Shown here: in pieces, positions 35,172 to 47,945 of the stretch
Layout of the letters: each line of letters opens with the position of its first letter
Numbering within the stretch: the stretch's first letter is position 1
NCBI RefSeq assembly: GCF_001194135.2
Contig: NC_068996.1
Span: forward strand, 16,095,792-16,145,614
DNA length: 49,823 bases
Direction of reading: 5' to 3'
From: Octopus bimaculoides
Taxonomy: Eukaryota
The notes under the pieces: model-generated
The model's database searches: none
What the model saw: only the letters and a program-made list of their open reading frames with translations
Told to the model about the DNA's origin: nothing
Translations under genes and position numbers: made by a program

Positions 35172-35496
35172 GTTGTTGTTGTGATTATTATACTTTTGTT
35201 GAACAAGTTCGTTCATGAAACACAGTGTATCTAAAGCCTATGTTGTAACATGCCCCCATGTTTTGTTACTCTTTCTCACCAGTGTTATTGCAAAAGATGT
35301 TAAGATCTGGAATAGACATTGGAAAGCCTCCTCCAGATTAAAAGCTTTAGCAGTTCCCACAATCGTCTGTTCTGAATCAGAGATATATCAGGCCTTTAAA
35401 AACAATGCAAGATCTGAATTCAGGCCAGGTGTGAGAACAATAATCCTGTCTTTCTAGTCAGGATTCTTTATTCTGCAGTTCAAATTCATCATTTAA

Positions 35497-35671
35497 CCCT
35501 TTAGCATTTAAACCAGCCATATCCAGCCTCTCACACTTGTCCAACAGTGCCTTTCTAAAAGTAACATCCACACTATCTGCATCTGACACCTATGAGATAA
35601 TGCAAGATTAATTCAAAACAATGTGACTAAATAAGCAATACATTTGACAAAGAAATCTGAATGTTAAACAG
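35497..35671. mobile_element. Second copy of the same TTAA MITE, right end degenerate
   Basis: TTAA-CCCTTTAGCATT...TCTGAATGTTAAACAG-TTAT. Shares ataatgca.gattaat...aatgtga.taaataagca...catttgaca with the 30116 copy. Confidence 0.7.
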
Positions 35672-36019
35672 TTATTGTCCATTTTTCATGCTAGCAGGGT
35701 TGGATGGTTTGCAAAGATCCAACAAGGCCCAGTGTCACACCGAGTTCAAATGCCAACTTTGATATGGTCTCTAATATGGGATGCCTTTAGGAATGCCATT
35801 CCTTCACTTCTAAACTACGCAAAGCAACCATGGGGTGATACTGAGTATACTTTGCAATCAATACAACATAAACATTATATGAATGTTGCCCAATTAAAAT
35901 CTTATATGTTATCCCCAAGTAAATCAAAACCTGATGAGTGGATCTGGCAGACAGAAACTAAAAGCCCATCATGTGTCTGTGTGTGTGTTTCGCTCAGACT
36001 ATGGCAATCCTGGGACACA

Positions 36020-36365
36020 GAGCCTTCAAGAATTTTTAGTTGAATGAATCATCCCCAGTGATTATTGTCTTTTAAGCCTGATACTTATTCAATCAGTCTC
36101 TTTTGCTGAACTGCTAAGTTACTGGGACGTAAACATACCAACGCTAGCTGTCAAGTGGTGGTAGGGGACATCCTCTCACACAAAGACATACATACATACA
36201 TATACAATAGGCTTCTTTCGTATTCTGTCTAACAAATCCACTCTCAAGGCCCTGGTTGGCCTGAGGCTATAGTTGAAGACACCTGCCCAAGGTACCATGC
36301 AGTGAGACTGAACTCAAAACAATGTGGGTGGGAGACAAATTTCTTACCACTCAGCCATGGCTGTG
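36020..36365 (-). mobile_element. Family A SINE, near full length, CpG-depleted
   Basis: ttttgctgaactgctaagttactgggacgtaaac...gaagacacctgcccaaggtaccatgcagtgagactgaactc...ttcttaccactcagccatg. Confidence 0.8.
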
Positions 36366-36436
36366 CCTCTCTCTCTCTCTCTCTCTTTATATATATATAT
36401 ATATATACCACACCCACATGTGATTTTTAGCATTAT

Positions 36437-36473
<37 letters not shown>

Positions 36474-37911
36474 ACACACACACATTGTCCATAAATTTAC
36501 ATTTTCAATTTGAAATATTCAGGAAAAATAAGAATAACTCCACAGAGTTTATTGAAAAATAAAGGCAAATAAAGTTTTATTAGAAATATCAAAATACTTC
36601 CACCTGGGTTCCATTGGTTGCACACAATAGATACAATAAATTGTTAAAGATGCAAAGATAAGTTATGGACACATGTGTGTGTATGCAGGTATATGTGTAT
36701 ATCTCCCCAGCCCCCCACACAGACATACTTTATTTATGGGTTTAGTCTATCATTGGTTTTGAGAGACAAGCCTACCACATGGAACATCAGATTTTATTGT
36801 GTTTTAATTTAAGATGGAGACAAATACCAATGACCAATGTAACAGGTCTGATAATTGTAAAGGGATTTCTCCATTAACATGAAACCAATGGTAGCCTTAA
36901 CCCATAAATAAAGAATTTTTATCCATTCTTGCAGTGCTGAGCACTTGTTCCCAGTGATCGATGAGAACTAAGAAATCTTCTAACAATGCAGAAAAGTTTA
37001 CAAGGAAACCTTTATATTCTGGGTGCAAAGCCTGTCTTCAGAAGCAATCCAAGAAATGTGTATTTACATCAATCTCACTATTAAATTTCAAACTACTTGG
37101 TGTTTGGGTTAGCAGCAGCAACTCTCCAAGTATTTGTCAGGGTTGTTTTGGCATATTTTCATGTGATAGTGGCAGTGGAAGATGGTGTTGATAGTGTGTA
37201 CTTTATGATGTTAGTGATAGTCACCATGATGTATTTATTGTAGCCACTTGCCCATTTTCGATCGACTATCGGTTTATAGGTTGAGGTGGTGGATCAATAT
37301 ACCTTCCTTGGAATGCTTCCTTTGGTAGATATGCCTTTGTGCCCAAAATATAATGGTCTTTTTTTTTTGGAAACTGTTTGCTTTGTTAGAATCTTCCTCT
37401 CTTTCCTTTCATGGGTGTGAGTGTATACACAGAGAGACAGAAAAACTATGAGAGAGCATCAGCAAAATATACAAAGATGCTAAATCTTCCAGACACTACA
37501 CCATAATGCATTAGAATTCAAAGTACACATTACTGCATAAGGAATTCTTCGGTTCTAAAAATCAGGACATAGACCATTTCTGCAGAATCATGGCAGAATA
37601 TCAGAATGGGAAAAAGTTCATTTTATTTAAGTAATTTTGAACAAAGGAAAACTTTATTTAAACAAAACAAAAGAATAACAGTAACAACAACAATTATTTA
37701 ATTATTTACATAAACGTACACATAAATACACACTGACTCACAAACATACACATATAAGATATATACATACATATACGTACATAAGATATTCATTTACATA
37801 TCAATATATACAAGTATGTATATCTGTATGTGTGTATATATACACACACACACACACATATATACATATTATATATATGTGTGTGTGTATGTATATATAT
37901 ATATAAATACG

Positions 37912-37955
<44 letters not shown>

Positions 37956-38405
37956 ATATATATACACTATACATACACACACACACACACACAGATATAG
38001 ATATGTGTATATTTATAATAATAGATGTATATATATATTTATATATACGCAAATATATTTACATATATGTACATATAAATATATATGTAAGCACATGCAT
38101 ATATATATGTATACACACACACATTTATATGTATATAATGTATATGTAAGTATGTATATATTTATATATACATATGACTATGGTACACATTGTTTTACAT
38201 TAATATATACATATACAGATTTATATATACATATACAGATTTATATATACATGTATATATCTATATATACAGTCGCAAAACCTATTATACATACCAGAAT
38301 ATATATGACCATACGCACGACCATGCATAGAGGCAAAATTATGCATTTGAGTTCCATCTGAATAAAATAAAACAGATTTTTCAAATTCTGTTTCTATAGG
38401 GTATA

Positions 38406-38471
<66 letters not shown>

Positions 38472-38739
38472 TTTATATTTTTGCAAAATATGAAAAAAAG
38501 TATATATAAAAATAAGATTATTCTAAACATATATAACAGAAGATGTAATAAATGATATGCAGAAAACAATTTAACATAATTATATAGATTCCGTTATAAA
38601 TTCATTTTTATATACATACATATGTGTGTGTGTGTAAATACATTGTGAGCACATGCATGATTTTTCTTAGTGTAATGCGTTGATGAATATATGTATACAT
38701 ACATACATACATACATTTCAAATATATATATATATATAG

Positions 38740-39090
38740 TGATGGCACCTGTGCCCAGTGTCGCCTTCCTGGCACTTGTGCCAGTGGCACGTGTAAAGAC
38801 ATTCAAGCGAGATCGTTGACAGTGCTGCTGGACTGGCTCCTGTGTAGGTGACATGTAAAATACACCATTTTGAGCATGGCTGTTGCCAGTACTGCCTGAC
38901 TGGCCACGTGCTGGTGGCACGTAAAAGCACCCACTACACTCTTGGAGTGGTTGGCATTAGGAAGGGCATCCAGTCAAAATCAGATTAAAGCCTGGTGTTG
39001 CCATCTGGTTCACCAGTCCTCAGTCAAATCGTCCAACCCATGCTAGCATGGAAAGCTGATGTTAAATGATGATAATGATGATGATGATAT
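38740..39090 (+). mobile_element. RTE-type LINE 3' UTR with internal tandem units of about 60 bp
   Basis: Repeated gtgccagtggcacg.../gtgctggtggcacgtaaaagcac units, then cacccactacactcttggagtggttggcattaggaagggcatccag...gatgttaaatgatgat. Confidence 0.8.
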
Positions 39091-39669
39091 ACATATATAT
39101 ATTTAATGTATGAATGTATATGTATGTTCTGTGGTAAAGACTGTACAGGGTCTAAATCTGTGAACTATATTCAAAACATTCACTTTGTTCTTGGTTGTCT
39201 TTTAGGAGTTCACTGTTGCAGAAATTTCACTACAATGTTTTCTTTGTTGGCCAGGACACATCAAGGATTCAGTGCCCTACCATAATTGTGATTATTATTA
39301 TTGTTGTTGTTGTTGAAAGGTGGGTGAATGTGGCAAGGATGGCCCCTAGGAATGGACCTTCTCTGAACACTCGCTCTGAGGATTCAACTGGAGGATTTGA
39401 GAAGGAGACAGGTACGTGCTGAGGTGCACCTGATGGTCAGGGTAACAAAGATGTGTATGGTTCCATGGGTGACTTTGTGAGAAACTTCCCACTTTTGGAG
39501 AATTTTTATTGTTTTATTATATTGTTAATTGTTATCGTTATTCATTGTATATTCGACATTGGTCCAAACCCCACTTATCTCTTGTGTTGTGTTATCCCCA
39601 TTTGTTTTGTGTTCGGCCCTTGTGACCCATAAAGTAATCATCATCATCATCATCATCATTACTATTATT

Positions 39670-40700
39670 ATAGCAGCAAGCTGGCAGAATCATTACCATG
39701 CTGGGAAAAATGCTAAGCAGCATATTGTCTTGTCAATGTCAACTTTGCCTTTCATCCCTTTGGGGTCAATAAAATAAGTACCAGTGGAATACTGGTGTCA
39801 ATGTAATCAACTAGTCCCCCCACCACAAAATTTCAGGCCTTGTGTCAAAATTTGAAACTAACACCATTATTATTATTATTGTTATTATTATTATTATTAT
39901 ACTGGTGGTGAGTTGGCAGAAACGTTAGCACACTTGGCAAAATGCTTAGCGGCACTTCATCTGTCTTTACGTTCTGAGTTCAAATTCCACTGAGGTCAAC
40001 TTTGCCTTTCATCCTTTTGGGGGGGTCGATTAAATAAGTACCAGTTACGAACTGGGGTCGATATAATCGACTTAATCCGTTTGTCTGTCCTTGTTTGACC
40101 CCTCTGCGTGTAGCCCCTTGTGGGCAGTAAAGAAATAAGAATTGTCAGCACACTAGGCAAAAAGGTCTAGTGGTATTATGCTCATCTTTAGGTTCTGGGT
40201 TCAAATTCCACTCGTTAACTTTGCCTTTCATTCATTTGGGTTTAATAAGATTGCGGCTTTTCGGGGTTAATAAAAGAAGTACCAGTTGAGCACTGGGTTC
40301 AATGTAACTGATTTGTCCCCTAACCCCGAAATTGCAGACCTTGTACTAAAATTTCAAACCATTATAATAATAATAATTATTATCATTATGATTATTATCA
40401 TTATTATCATCATCATCATTATTATTAGTATAAATATTATTGTTATCATTATGATTATCATTATTATTATTATTATTAGTAATGAGGTGGTGAGCTGGCA
40501 GAATCAGTAATATGTTGGATGAAATGCTCAGCAGCATTTTGTCCATCTTTATTCCATGTTTATGTCAAGGTCAAGTTTGCCTTTCATGCTTTCGAGTTGA
40601 TAAAATAAGTACCACTGGAATGCTGGGGGAGGGAGTTTCAATGTAATTGTCTCCACCCACAAAATTTCTGGCCTTGTGCCAAAATTTGAAACCATTATTT

Positions 40701-40752
<52 letters not shown>

Positions 40753-40769
40753 AAATATTATTGTTTTTG

Positions 40770-40815
<46 letters not shown>

Positions 40816-41061
40816 CATCATTGACACCATCACCGTCATCATCATCATCAAGACAGCAAGCTGGCAGAATCATTAGCATACCAGACAAAATGCTTAGTGG
40901 CATTTCATGTCTTTACATTCCGAGTTCAAATGCTGCCAAGGTCAACTTTGTCTTTCATCCTTTTGACATCAATAAAATAAGTACCAGTTACGCACTGCAA
41001 TCGATGTAATTGACTATTCCCTCCCACAAATTTCAGGCCTTGTGCCTATAGTAGAAAGGAC

Positions 41062-41115
<54 letters not shown>

Positions 41116-42240
41116 GGTGGTGAGCTGGTAGAGTCACCAAGTAAAATGGTCAGCTGCATTCTTCTTGTCTTTGTGTTCTGGGTTCAAATTTCACCAAAGC
41201 CAACTTGCTTTTCATCATTTTAGGGTCGATAAAATAAGTAACAGTTGAACNNNNNNNNNNNNNNNNNNNNNNNNNNNNNNNNNNNNNNNNNNNNNNNNNN
41301 NNNNNNNNNNNNNNNNNNNNNNNNNNNNNNNNNNNNNNNNNNNNNNNNNNNNNNNNNNNNNNNNNNNNNNNNNNNNNNNNNNNNNNNNNNNNNNNNNNNN
41401 NNNNNNNNNNNNNNNNNNNNNNNNNNNNNNNNNNNNNNNNNNNNNNNNNNNNNNNNNNNNNNNNNNNNNNNNNNNNNNNNNNNNNNNNNNNNNNNNNNNN
41501 NNNNNNNNNNNNNNNNNNNNNNNNNNNNNNNNNNNNNNNNNNNNNNNNNNNNNNNNNNNNNNNNNNNNNNNNNNNNNNNNNNNNNNNNNNNNNNNNNNNN
41601 NNNNNNNNNNNNNNNNNNNNNNNNNNNNNNNNNNNNNNNNNNNNNNNNNNNNNNNNNNNNNNNNNNNNNNNNNNNNNNNNNNNNNNNNNNNNNNNNNNNN
41701 NNNNNNNNNNNNNNNNNNNNNNNNNNNNNNNNNNNNNNNNNNNNNNNNNNNNNNNNNNNNNNNNNNNNNNNNNNNNNNNNNNNNNATCAACTAACCCACT
41801 CCTCAAAAATTGTTGGCCTTGTGCCAAAATTTGAAATCATCGGTGAGCTGGCAGAATCATTAACATGTCAGATAACGTGCGGTATTTCGCTTGTCTTTAC
41901 GTTCTGAGTTCAAATTCCACCGAGGTCAACTTTGCCTTTCATTCTTTCAGGGCCAATAAATTAAGTACCAGTGAAACACTGGGGGTCGACGTAATTGTCT
42001 AGCCACCTCCCCTTTAGAAAAAAGGATTACAATTATTATTATTATTGTTGTTGCTATTAGCACATTGGCAGAATCCTTGAACAAAATGCCTGGGAGAATT
42101 TCATTTAGGATACTTTGCCTTTTCATGTTCCACAGTCAATAAAATAAAGTACCAATGATGTACTGGGGTTCATATGAGCACCTATCTTTTCTTCCTTCCC
42201 CTTTCTCGCCATTAAATCCCTTGCCTTGTACCTACCTAAG
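39670..42240 (+). mobile_element. Head-to-tail array of about eight family B SINEs, all in the same orientation
   Basis: Repeated gagctggcagaatc...gttctgagttcaaattcc...gtcaactttgcctttcatccttt...ggtcgataaaataagtaccag units separated by (ATT)n/(ATC)n. The central motif resembles the Nin/Deu SINE domain as I recall it. Confidence 0.85.
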
Positions 42241-42322
42241 TAATCATCCTATATTTTACAATTTACAAAGAAAATAATCTTCCATTGGAATTTCTTTTCA
42301 TTTTCTTAATATATATACATTA

Positions 42323-42495
42323 CAGGTGCTGGCATGGCTGTGTGGTAAGAAATTTGCTTCCCAACCACATGGTTCTGGGTTTAGTCCCATTGTGTGGTAC
42401 CTTGGGCAAGTAAATGTCTTCTACTATAGCTACAGGCCAATGAAAGCCTTGTGCATGGATTCAATGGACAGAAATTGAAAGAAGCTTGTCATATA
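42323..42495 (+). mobile_element. Family A SINE head
   Basis: ggtgctggcatggctgtgtggtaagaaatttgcttcccaaccacatggttctgggtttagtccc...ccttgggcaagt. Confidence 0.8.
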
Positions 42496-42959
42496 CATCT
42501 ATATTTATCTATCAATATGTGTGTGTGTGTGTGTGTGTGTGTGTATGAATGAGAGGTATTAGTATCCAGAAGACCCAAGACCTATCGGAATCAACACATT
42601 CCATGGACAAGAAGCATATATGCCCATTCTACACAGCACTTTCCTTGGATAATGGAACTCTAGCTGTAACATCCCATATATACTTTTAGTTTTATTTTTG
42701 TTCTCTTTTTTCCCTTTATACCTCGTACATCCATCCTTTTCCAAAATAACTCCTTATATTGAACTCTACTATTTCCCTCTAGTTAACTCTCTCATATCGT
42801 CTCTGATGTAGGGATATCCCTAATATCTCAGAAACAGCTGTAAGTCTACCTTTCTCTTTATAACTGTCCTATAAATTGCACATAGCCTTGGCTATGCTGT
42901 CTTATTTTATTTAACACACACACACACACATGTATATGTAACTATGTGTGTGTATCTAT

Positions 42960-43175
42960 GTGTTTGTACGTGTCCACCACTTCAACTTGACAACCAGTGT
43001 TGCTTATGTTTTCATCCCCTTAACTTAGCAGCTTAACAAAAGAGACCAATAGAACAAATTCCCACCTTAACAAAAAATAAGTACTAGGGTTGATTTATTT
43101 CACAAAAAGATTCTTCAAGGCAGTGCCCCAGCATGGCCACAGTCTAACGACTGAAACAAACACAAGATAAAAAAG
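42960..43175 (+). mobile_element. Family A SINE 3' module
   Basis: cttgacaaccagtgttg...aaggcagtgccccagcatggccacagtctaacgactgaaac. Confidence 0.75.
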
Positions 43176-43654
43176 ATATATATTTCTTTATTTTATTTTG
43201 TTTTATATTTTTCTTTTCTGAAACGTCAACATGAATTAAGCTAATCTGTTTTGATTTAGTTCGGTTTCATACTACACCGAAAGAAAAATTTACAGCGGAA
43301 ACTGTGAACAAAATACAGAAGGAAGGGTCTTCTTTGAAGTTGTAGGATTTAGGCTAATCCTTTCTTAAGCACAATTGGATTTGTGAGAAAACTCTAAGCA
43401 CTTGATCCCCCCAAAAAAACAACATTGCAGACAGAAATTAATAGCGAGAGAAAACACCATCATCGTTAAACTAAATAAAGAACATGAAACCTAGCCAAGA
43501 ACCTCTTAAATAGTCAATGTGTGAGGGCTGTGAGATAGAAATAACAACAAAATATCTCCTCGTATCGCAGTATAACATTTAGCAAAGGAACAAAATATTG
43601 TATAATGAATTTATTATGTGTATTATATATATGTTTACTTATATCACTCCATCT

Positions 43655-43694
43655 ATCCATCTATCTTTCCAAATCTATCTATTTATCTATTTGA

Positions 43695-43734
<40 letters not shown>

Positions 43735-44030
43735 GTCTGTCTATCTATCTATCTATCTGTCTGTTTATCGCTCTATCTGTTTATCTCTCCATCTGTTTAT
43801 TTCTGCATCTGTCTATCTATCTAGTTATCTAAATATATCTATTTATATCAATCTATTTATCTAAACATATGTATGTATGTATGTATGTATCTATCTATCT
43901 ATCTATCTAAATTTACTGGTCTTTGTAAGTCTATCTAAATTTGTCTATCTTTTCTTCTATCTATCTATCTGGTTGTCTGTCTGTCTATATGTCTGTCTGT
44001 CTACCCATCTATCTATTTATTTATTTATTT
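43655..44030. repeat. Degenerate (TCTA)n/(TCTG)n tetranucleotide tract
   Basis: atctatctatct.../ctgtctgt... repeats. Confidence 0.9.
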
Positions 44031-44126
44031 ATTTAATTATAGACCCATATATTGAATACATACATGCATGTATTATGTATATTATATATACATACACATG
44101 CCTATACATATATGTGGAAGGAAGGA

Positions 44127-44175
<49 letters not shown>

Positions 44176-44310
44176 TACATACCTACATACCTATACATAT
44201 ATATGTATGGAGAGAGGGGGAGAGATAGAAGGGAGAGAGAGAGAGAAGAGACAGAGAGAGACAGAGAGAGACAGATAGCCAGACAGAAAGCGATACACTT
44301 TGTTATTATC

Positions 44311-44736
44311 AATTCTTTTGTTACCATATTTCTCTTGAAACACTCTGCCTTTTGTTTCAACTAATTTTGAAAATAATGAAGAATTTGGTAAAATAACCTT
44401 GCCATTATTAAGCTGGTGTTTGCAACATAAAGTAGCATGAAACTTTGCTGGAAGGTGTTTAGATTACAGTAACCCTTTCATTATCATATTTCTGCTGAAA
44501 TCCAATGCCTCTGTTTCAATTAATTTTGAAAATAATGAATTTGGTAAAATAAATTAGTTATCATTACACTGGCGTTTAGAACATAAATTGCCACAGAATT
44601 TTAATGAAAAGTTTTAATTTAGATCACTTTAGCCATTTTGTTACCATATTTTTGTAGAAATACACTGTCATTGTTCCAATTAATTTTCAAAAATTATAGA
44701 GAATTGACATGGAATTTTAAAGTGGTATTAAAAGGG
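44311..44736 (+). repeat. Tandem array of about 2.7 units, 160-bp period, derived from a MITE-like left end
   Basis: Units start at 44311, 44471 and 44631 (aattcttttgttaccatatttc / aaccctttcattatcatatttc / agccattttgttaccatatttt), each with tttcaa.taattttgaaaataatgaa; the array ends with aaaggg at 44731-44736. Confidence 0.75.
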
Positions 44737-45334
44737 CTAGAACATCAGTAGGGGTCATGAATGGAGATGTGAAGAAGTTGCTAGTGATTGATCAGGTATG
44801 GTCAATCAAATACGAAGGAAGCTACATAGTTGGGTTCTGCCAAATTGCTTTATATTTTGGCACCAAGATTTTGTCTATTCAATATGTAATTTAATCAAAG
44901 AGTATTTACAGTTCTCCGCCATAGCCATAATTCATAGCCAATGGAATCAGAGTTAACAATCATGGTGGCTAAACAAGATTAAATTGTATGCTAGCTATTA
45001 ATTTCATGAAATTGCATAAGTGGCTATGTGTATGTGTTCGATGGCATGTGTTAGTCTGAGACAAAACTGTAACAGGAATGGAAGGTAATTAGTAGCTAAA
45101 ACTGATGATGGACATTACCTGATCAAAATTAATTTTAGGGACAGTAAATTGAGAAAATAGTCATTGTGTGTGGCAAATGTGTGGGTACATACAATAAACA
45201 ATGCGCAGAAAATAAGACTTCCTCAAATGCCTGTGGTGGGATCCTTAGAAGTAGTGGATAGCTTTCATCACCTGGACAACCATACCTCCACTACCTCTCT
45301 CAGCTGAAAGGTCTTTGTCCTGTGGGTGCTAGTG

Positions 45335-45620
45335 TCACATAAGATGCACTTGTGCCAGTGGCATGTGGAATGCACTCTTGCCAGTGCCACATGGAGTGCT
45401 CATGTCAGTTCCACATAGAGTGCTCATGTCAGTGCCACATAAAATGCACTTGTGCTGATGCTGGGAAAGTGTCTGCACCATTAAGAGGGGCATCCAACCA
45501 TAGAAACCATACCAAAACAAACAATAGAAACGTTGACACCTCTCTGGCTGGCCAGCACCTGTCAAAATGTCCAAGCCATCCCAGCATGCATAACGTATGT
45601 TAAATGATGATGATGATGAG
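45335..45620 (+). mobile_element. RTE-type LINE 3' UTR with an internal 24-bp minisatellite
   Basis: About four gtgccacatrgagtgctcatgtca-type units, then aagaggggcatccaaccatagaaacc...ccatcccagcatgcataacgtatgttaaatgatgatgatgat. Confidence 0.7.
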
Positions 45621-45688
45621 TAACAAGCAAAAAGACCTCTACCCAGTTTCTGAACTGGCTGGAAATACCAGCCAAATCACCATCAGCA

Positions 45689-46050
45689 GGGTTGGCTGTC
45701 TGGTAAGAAGCATGTTTCCCAACCACATGGTTCCAAGTTCAGTCCCAATGCATGGCACTTATGGCAAGTGTCTTCTACTATAAGCTTGGGCTGACCAAAC
45801 CTTGTGAGGGGATTTGGTAGATGGGAAACTGAAAGAAGTGTGTGTATGTGTGTGTGTGTGTGTGTGTGCCTTGTTTCCCAATTGGTTGGTTTGTTTACAT
45901 CCCCATAACTTGGTGGTTCAACAAATGAGATCAGTAGAATAAGAACCAAGCTTAAAAACAGAAAATGTATTGGAGTTGCTACTTTTGACCAAACATTCTT
46001 CTAGGCGGTGCCCCAGCATGACCGCAGACTGAAACAAATAAAAGAAAAGA
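45689..46050 (+). mobile_element. Family A SINE, near full length, CpG-depleted
   Basis: tggctgtctggtaagaagcatgtttcccaaccacatggttccaagttcagtccc...aggcggtgccccagcatgaccgcagactgaaac. Confidence 0.8.
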
Positions 46051-46363
46051 TAAAGATACCAAGTAAGTGTACATCTGCTTCTAGATGGCCACTTGATTTG
46101 CTAGAAATATCAACCAAATCACCCTCAAATAACACATTACCATGTACATTTGTGACTGAATGAGGTGTAAGTGTGATAACACGGTCTGCCAGAAATATCA
46201 CCCAAATTACCCTCAAAACATGTACCCCCTACCACCACACATACACATGTACATATACGCACATATACATACACAATAACATGCACACACATATATACAC
46301 ATATAGGTACATGTATGCATATATATATGTGTGTGTATATATGTGTGTGTGTATACATGTGTG

Positions 46364-46401
<38 letters not shown>

Positions 46402-47179
46402 TTTATACATATAAGCAGAGATATGTATACGTATGTATATTTATATATGTATATGCATATGTATGTATGTTTATATATATATTCACATGTTTATACACTT
46501 ATATATATAAATGTAAACACACATACACTCACACACATGCGCATGCATGCACAGAATCTTATTTCTTACATGGGAAATGGTTTATAACACTCAGATATTC
46601 AGTAGATTTCCCACTGTGCAGAAAGAAAAACCTTCCTAGCTGAAAAATTTCAGTTTCATCTTCATTGCTAGAGCAGTCCTTTGTGACATTGGTAAAGATG
46701 GCTGCAAGCATTTCACATTTTTCGCCCGATACAGATTCTGGGGAGAAATCCCTTTGCTGTCAATATGATACACTGCAATCTACTTAATTCTTACAGAGAC
46801 CACAGTAGTAATTTTCTTTTTAACATAACCAGACTTACTTTGTGTATATTTAACGAACTAAATCTATAAATCTGTATACATGCAAGAAGGATTCTGTGCT
46901 TCTGACATTTGAAATTTCTGATTAACTAAGTGTCATATCCTTTGGGCTACAGGAATAAGCATAGATTCTTCATAAATTTATTCACATCCATCCTCAACCT
47001 ACAGGGTGCAGATGGTATTCATTTGCAATTTTCAACTGCAAATTTTACGTATATTTTTTACGTTCACTGATGGTCTTTATCTTCTTAAAAACATTAATCA
47101 TTTTTTTTTTTTTTTTTTTTTGGGTTTTGTTTTGCAGAAGAAGTGGCAACAGAAAATTTTGAACCCTCCAATTTGTGGA

Positions 47180-47945
47180 AGAGGCATGGAGTCCACGTTG
47201 GAATCTGTACCAGAGGAACAAACAAGGAGATTTCAGATTTTCCCAATGTTGATGCCAAAGAACACTGGAATTTGTGAATGAAATCTAGATCATCAATAAT
47301 GATCCTATTAAGTTGATGTGGGCCACTGCAGGAGAGAAAGATATGGATGAGAAGCTCATCAGGTTGGTTGTGCATGAGGACATTTACTGCTTTCATACAA
47401 GATGAAGAAGACACAATTTCTGTCCAAGGCAATGGAGGTAAAAGTAACTCAAGCACACCAAGAAGCTGATCAACAAGTTGAAACATCTTTTGGAGTCAGA
47501 CATGCTGTGGTTCTTCTCTGATGACAAGAATTTCTGCAAAAAGACCAAAAGATCAACTCCCAGAACAACAGGTGGCTTGCTGTCTCAATAAAGGACATGC
47601 CCAGAGTCATGCAAACAAAATTTCCTGTGACAATTATGGTCTTCCATATTGTCAACAGCAGTGACATCATTTCTTCCCTGAGAGCCTCAGGCTGAACACC
47701 GACAGCTGTATCAAGGTGGTGAAGCCTTGGATGAGCTTGGTAGCTGTGGGGAGGCTGTACATGTAGCAGCAAGAAACTACCACATCAAGCAGAAGATACA
47801 GGCCTGACTGTTGGAGAATTTCCTTGATTACAACGTACCAATATGCCTGACTGCAATCCCTTCAACTATTTTGTGTGGGTCTCAGTGGAAGAAGACCAAC
47901 AAATCAGGCTGCAACATGAAGGACTCCTGTTGGAACATATTTAGA
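47180..47945 (+). pseudogene. Decayed IS630-Tc1-mariner transposase (maT/DD37D-like)
   Basis: Fragments in shifting frames: LIRLVVHEDI, KLINKLKH, WFFSDDKNFC (about 47508), NSQNNRWLA, VMQTKFPVTIMV, YM*QQE (about WQQD) and PDCNPFNYFVW (about 47846). Many stops and deletions; no TIRs recognised. Confidence 0.85.

Noticed and set aside
35925-35965. CTGATGAG...GAAAC pattern suggesting a hammerhead
   Set aside because: It is a mutated family A segment (aagccttgtgagtggatttggtagacggaaactg) with no stem II pairing.
39330-39430. Purine-rich plus-strand ORF ending in gagacag|gtacgt
   Set aside because: No recognisable protein similarity and antisense to Meis; probably an old repeat fragment.
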